From an uncultured Lachnospiraceae bacterium (GTDB lineage: Bacteria; Bacillota; Clostridia; Lachnospirales; Lachnospiraceae), in NCBI GenBank assembly GCA_910586605.1, contig CAJUJR010000002.1, positions 4,473 through 68,472 on the forward strand: a stretch of DNA of 64,000 nucleotides, in the 5' to 3' direction. The notes below the pieces were generated by a model that was not told the DNA's origin, ran no database searches, and saw nothing but the letters and a program-made list of their open reading frames with translations. Shown piece after piece: positions 60,120-64,000 of the stretch. Each line of letters starts with the position of its first letter. The first letter of the stretch is position 1. Both the position numbers and the translations under genes were made by a program.

Positions 60120-60938
60120 ATGACGGTAACAGATGTTATAATACCATATGCAGCATATAAAGAGGCAGATGATTTAAACAAACTGGTGTTGGAGAAAACA
60201 CAGGTAATTGAAGAGGCGGCATTTGAATTTTGCCATAATTTGACTTCGGTAGTATTCCCAAAGTCCTTAAAATCAATTGGAGCTTCTGCTTTCCATAGCT
60301 GTACGGATTTAAATAAGATGTCTTATTTGCCGGCTGGCGTGGCAATTGGAAATAACGCATTTAATAATTGCCAGAATATAACAGAAGTTTACCTGGGTGA
60401 CAACGTAAAACTTGGGGAAGCAGTTTTTTATGACTGTAGGAAGCTTACAAAGATAACGCTTCCGTGTGATTTGAAAGCAATTCATAAATATACTTTTGCA
60501 TCTTGCCTGGAATTAGCGGATATTGAAGTCCCTGACAGTGTTGTAGAAATTGGGGAAGGGGCTTTCAGCCGCTGCATGATGTTAAATTCTATTCAGCTTC
60601 CTGGCAACCTTATAAAGCTTGGGGCATATGCTTTTGATGGGTGTATTTCTTTGGAGCAGATTACAATACCGACTACATTGCACACAATAGAAGCTGGGAC
60701 GTTCCGCGATTGTAGCGCACTTGTAAATTTAACGATACCGGGCGGTGTAGAGACTGTCCAGAGAGGTGCGTTCAGCGGCTGTATAAGCCTGGAAAAAATT
60801 GTTTTTCCTCCATCACTGGAGTATGTTGAGCCAGAAGCAATTTTTAACTGCCCAAATTTAAAACAGGTTGCGATTCCACAGAAAGCCAAAATGTTTGTGG
60901 ATTCTTTCCCAATCAGAACGCAGATACAGTACATATAG
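60120..60938 (+). CDS. BspA-type leucine-rich repeat protein (no signal peptide seen)
   Basis: About 10 repeats of IG..AF..C..L..I.(I/L)P. Confidence 0.88.
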   Translation: MTVTDVIIPYAAYKEADDLNKLVLEKTQVIEEAAFEFCHNLTSVVFPKSLKSIGASAFHSCTDLNKMSYLPAGVAIGNNAFNNCQNITEVYLGDNVKLGEAVFYDCRKLTKITLPCDLKAIHKYTFASCLELADIEVPDSVVEIGEGAFSRCMMLNSIQLPGNLIKLGAYAFDGCISLEQITIPTTLHTIEAGTFRDCSALVNLTIPGGVETVQRGAFSGCISLEKIVFPPSLEYVEPEAIFNCPNLKQVAIPQKAKMFVDSFPIRTQIQYI

Positions 60939-60986
60939 TTTAGGGCATGGTTGGGATTTATAGATCAGCCTCAGATTTATGAAAAG

Positions 60987-61019
60987 GAAGGGGGAATGCG
61001 AACGCATTCCCCCTTTTTT
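60987..61019 (+). terminator. Intrinsic terminator
   Basis: GGGGAATGCG-AA-CGCATTCCCC followed by a T run. Confidence 0.75.
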
Positions 61020-61183
61020 GGAATCTTATGCAATTTAGTGAATATAAGATGAAAAATTTTCATCTTAAAAATGAGAAAAAATCTTTACATTTTTGTGGTG
61101 CGCTATATAATAATAAGAGTTGAGAAAAAGAATAGTTTATGGTGAAAAAAATTCATCATAGTGGAAAAGGAGAAAATAAAATT

Positions 61184-61792
61184 ATGAAAAACGGAATCGA
61201 AATCAGATGGCATGGCCGTGGCGGCCAAGGAGCAAAAACAGCAGCTTTACTTCTTGCAGACGTTGCATTTAAGACAGGGCGCAATGTGCAGGGGTTTCCG
61301 GAATATGGCCCAGAGCGTATGGGCGCTCCGATTACAGCATATAACCGGATTAGTTCTGATAAAATCCGAGTTCATTCTAATATATACCATCCTGATTTTG
61401 TTGTAGTTGTGGATGAGACATTGCTTGGTTCTGTCGATGTTACAGCCGGACTGAAAAATAGCGGGGCAATTATTGTTAATACGGCAAAGTCCAAGGAGGA
61501 AATCCAGGAACACTTGAATGGCTACGAAGGGCGTGTCTATACAATTGACGCAAGGAAAATTTCTGTTGAGACATTAGGGAAGAATTTCCCGAATTCACCA
61601 ATGCTTGCAGCAGCAGTTGCAGTAAGCAAAATTATGCCAAGGGAAAAATTTATCAAAGAAATGCGTGCTTCTTATCAGCATAAGTTTGCAAAGAAACCAG
61701 AAGTGATTGATGGAAATATGAAGGCTCTTGAAATGGCTTTTGACAAGGCTGAGGAAGCGATTGAAGCGGATGAAATGAGTTTGTCTGCATAA
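61184..61792 (+). CDS. 2-oxoacid:ferredoxin oxidoreductase gamma subunit
   Basis: EIRWHGRGGQG, FPEYGPERMGAP, PDFVVV.D. Confidence 0.92.
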   Translation: MKNGIEIRWHGRGGQGAKTAALLLADVAFKTGRNVQGFPEYGPERMGAPITAYNRISSDKIRVHSNIYHPDFVVVVDETLLGSVDVTAGLKNSGAIIVNTAKSKEEIQEHLNGYEGRVYTIDARKISVETLGKNFPNSPMLAAAVAVSKIMPREKFIKEMRASYQHKFAKKPEVIDGNMKALEMAFDKAEEAIEADEMSLSA

Positions 61793-61820
61793 AAGGCAGA
61801 AGAAGTCCAGGAGGCTGAAA

Positions 61821-62126
61821 ATGAGAACTGATGTTACAAAGATTAATGAGAAAACACCCCATGAGCAGCTTACAGAAGGGTTAATGATGTTTGCCGGAGG
61901 CACTTCCAAATATTTCAATACAGGGGAATGGAGGACAAATACTCCTGTATTCCATGAAGAGAAATGCAAGCAATGCCTGCTTTGTGCCCCAGTATGCCCG
62001 GATTCCAGCATACCTGTAAAAAATGGGGAGCGTCTGGCGTTTGACATGGATCATTGCAAGGGATGTGGGATATGTGCAAATGTCTGCCCATTTGGGGCAA
62101 TTGAAATGAAGGAGGGCGTTGAGTAA
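61821..62126 (+). CDS. 2-oxoacid:ferredoxin oxidoreductase delta subunit (2x[4Fe-4S])
   Basis: TGEWR, CKQCLLC...CP, CKGCGIC...CP. Confidence 0.92.
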   Translation: MRTDVTKINEKTPHEQLTEGLMMFAGGTSKYFNTGEWRTNTPVFHEEKCKQCLLCAPVCPDSSIPVKNGERLAFDMDHCKGCGICANVCPFGAIEMKEGVE

Positions 62127-63325
62127 TGGCGATAAAAGAACGTATGTCAGGAAATGAAGCGGTAGCTTATGCAATCCGCCAGGTAAACCCAGATGTTATG
62201 CCCGCATTTCCTATTACCCCTTCTACCGAGATTCCACAGATGGTTTCTACTTACATAGCAAATGGGGAAATTGATACAGAGTTTATTCCAGTAGAAAGTG
62301 AGCATTCTGCAATGAGCGCTACGATAGGTGCAGAAGCAGCAGGGGCAAGAAGCTTGACGGCTACTTCTTCAGCAGGGCTGGCATTGATGTGGGAGGAACT
62401 GCTTTTGGCAGCGTCAAACCGTATGCCGCTAGTCCTTGCATTAGTTAACCGCACGCTATCAGGGCCGATTAATATAAATTGCGACCATTCTGATGGCATG
62501 GGGGCAAGGGATACAGGGTGGATTCAGATTTATGCAGAGAATAACCAGGAAGCATATGACAATTTTATCCAGGCATATCCAATTGCAGAACAGGAAAACG
62601 TGCATCTTCCGGTTATGGTTTGCCAGGATGGTTTTATTACAAGCCATGCTGTTGAGAATATTATGCTTTTGGAAGATTCTGATGTAAAAGATTTTGTCGG
62701 GGAATACTGTCCTGAGGAGTATTTATTAAACCCAGGGAAACCTGTTGCTGTCGGTCCATATTCTGTCAGCAATTATGCGATGGAAGCAAAAAAGAACCAG
62801 GAAATTGCATTAGAGAATGCAAAAGAAGTTATTTTAGAAGTTGCAAAGAGGTTTAAAGATATTTCTGGAAGGGAATATGGGCTTTTTGAAGAATATAAGA
62901 CAAAAGATGCGGATTACATTATGCTGATTATGGGTTCAGCAGCAGGTACTGCAAAACAGGCTGTTGACGACTTAAGGGAAAAGGGCTGGAAAGTAGGCGT
63001 GTTAAAGCTTAGGGTCTTCCGGCCATTCCCTGCGGCAGAGATTGCGGAAGCTTTAAAAGGGTGTAAGGCAGTTGCGGTTATGGACCGCTGTGAAAGCTAT
63101 AATGGCAATGGAGGGCCGCTTGGAAGTGAAGTTTTGGCTGGTCTTTTCCGCCATAAAGTAATGATTGAAACCGTTAATTATATTTATGGCCTTGCAGGCC
63201 GCGATTTTACAGTAAGTGATGTATGCCATATCTTTTCTGAACTGGACAGCTTGGTTACAAAAGGGAAAGAAGTGGAGCAATACCAATATATAAGGTTACG
63301 GGAACAGGAGGCCGCAGATGAGTGA
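62126..63325 (+). CDS. porA: Pyruvate:ferredoxin oxidoreductase alpha subunit
   Basis: SGNEA, FPITPST, ESEHSA, TATSS.GL, DGFITSH, R.FRPFP. Confidence 0.92.
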   Translation: MAIKERMSGNEAVAYAIRQVNPDVMPAFPITPSTEIPQMVSTYIANGEIDTEFIPVESEHSAMSATIGAEAAGARSLTATSSAGLALMWEELLLAASNRMPLVLALVNRTLSGPININCDHSDGMGARDTGWIQIYAENNQEAYDNFIQAYPIAEQENVHLPVMVCQDGFITSHAVENIMLLEDSDVKDFVGEYCPEEYLLNPGKPVAVGPYSVSNYAMEAKKNQEIALENAKEVILEVAKRFKDISGREYGLFEEYKTKDADYIMLIMGSAAGTAKQAVDDLREKGWKVGVLKLRVFRPFPAAEIAEALKGCKAVAVMDRCESYNGNGGPLGSEVLAGLFRHKVMIETVNYIYGLAGRDFTVSDVCHIFSELDSLVTKGKEVEQYQYIRLREQEAADE

Positions 63326-64000
63326 TTATAGCTTAAAGACAATAATGAATAAGCCAGAGCGGCTTGCGCCAGGGCACCGTATGTGTGCAGGCTGTGGGGC
63401 AACAATTGCGGTTCGCGCTGTGCTCCGTGCGCTGCATGAAGGCGACCGGGCTGTGATTGGCAATGCAACAGGCTGCCTGGAGGTGTCTTCTTATATGTAT
63501 CCTTATACGGCATGGGAGGACAGTTATATCCATAATGCATTTGAAAATGCAGGGGCAACTTTAAGCGGTGTAGAAACCGCATATAAAGTGCTAAAAAAGA
63601 AAGGGCGTATACCAAAAGAAGAAACCTTTAAATTTATTACATTTGGTGGGGACGGCGGCACTTATGACATAGGGTTCCAGTCTTTGTCCGGGGCAATGGA
63701 GCGCAACCATGATATGGTTTATGTTTGTTATGATAATGGCGCTTATATGAATACAGGAATCCAGCGTTCTTCTGCAACGCCGATGTATGCTGATACTACA
63801 ACAACACCGGTTGGCAAGAAGTCTGCCGGGAAAATGCAGAACCGCAAGGATTTATCAAGCATTATTGCTGACCATGATGTGCCATATGTTGCCCAGACAA
63901 CGCTTACATCCAATTTTGAAGATGTGCACAGGAAAGCAGAAAAAGCAATTTATACAGAAGGGGCTTCCTTTTTAAATATTATGACGCCATGCCCAAGAGG
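63318..64000 (+). CDS. porB: Pyruvate:ferredoxin oxidoreductase beta subunit (3'-partial)
   Basis: Not in the ORF track because it runs off the window. Translates MSDYSLK...GHRMCAGCG...NATGCLEV...GGDGGTYDIG...YDNGAYMNTGIQRS. Confidence 0.92.
   Translation, partial: MSDYSLKTIMNKPERLAPGHRMCAGCGATIAVRAVLRALHEGDRAVIGNATGCLEVSSYMYPYTAWEDSYIHNAFENAGATLSGVETAYKVLKKKGRIPKEETFKFITFGGDGGTYDIGFQSLSGAMERNHDMVYVCYDNGAYMNTGIQRSSATPMYADTTTTPVGKKSAGKMQNRKDLSSIIADHDVPYVAQTTLTSNFEDVHRKAEKAIYTEGASFLNIMTPCPR

Noticed and set aside
61139..61159. Rex operator call upstream of the por operon
   Set aside because: Spacer length and outer bases deviate from the Rex consensus; kept only as an unidentified palindrome.

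Overview
64 kb of chromosomal DNA from a spore-forming Clostridia, most likely Lachnospiraceae (inferred from gene content). In order: a 5'-partial GH3-family gene with a SpoIIE/PP2C phosphatase and an anti-sigma kinase; a Csp-type S8 protease missing its 5' part; yaaL and bofA; a Tad/Flp pilus cluster; glgP; an OmpR-type two-component pair; a DHH phosphoesterase + TIR-TM-beta-propeller gene pair; a BspA-type surface protein; an FtsX-type ABC exporter; a phosphorelay operon (degenerate HD-GYP regulator, Hpt hybrid kinase, DegV-fused hybrid kinase); sppA, RDD and SpoIIQ-like genes; tRNA-Lys; an Rpn-like nuclease gene; a bioY/bioB-thiolase-ligase-fabV locus with a BirA box; cysK; tRNA-Leu; glgB; a YtrA-type GntR-ABC operon; ZTP-riboswitch purine genes; and a four-subunit 2-oxoacid:ferredoxin oxidoreductase operon. 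No CRISPR, rRNA, integrase or transposase gene is visible. At least three families of short dispersed inverted-repeat elements occur between genes. Best leads: (1) the DHH + membrane TIR pair as a candidate nucleotide second-messenger system; (2) the csp gene broken exactly at its catalytic D-T-G motif; (3) an internal RBS+ATG in the Rpn-like gene; (4) a DegV-containing phosphorelay ending in a degenerate HD-GYP domain. All calls are from reading motifs by eye; no database searches were run.
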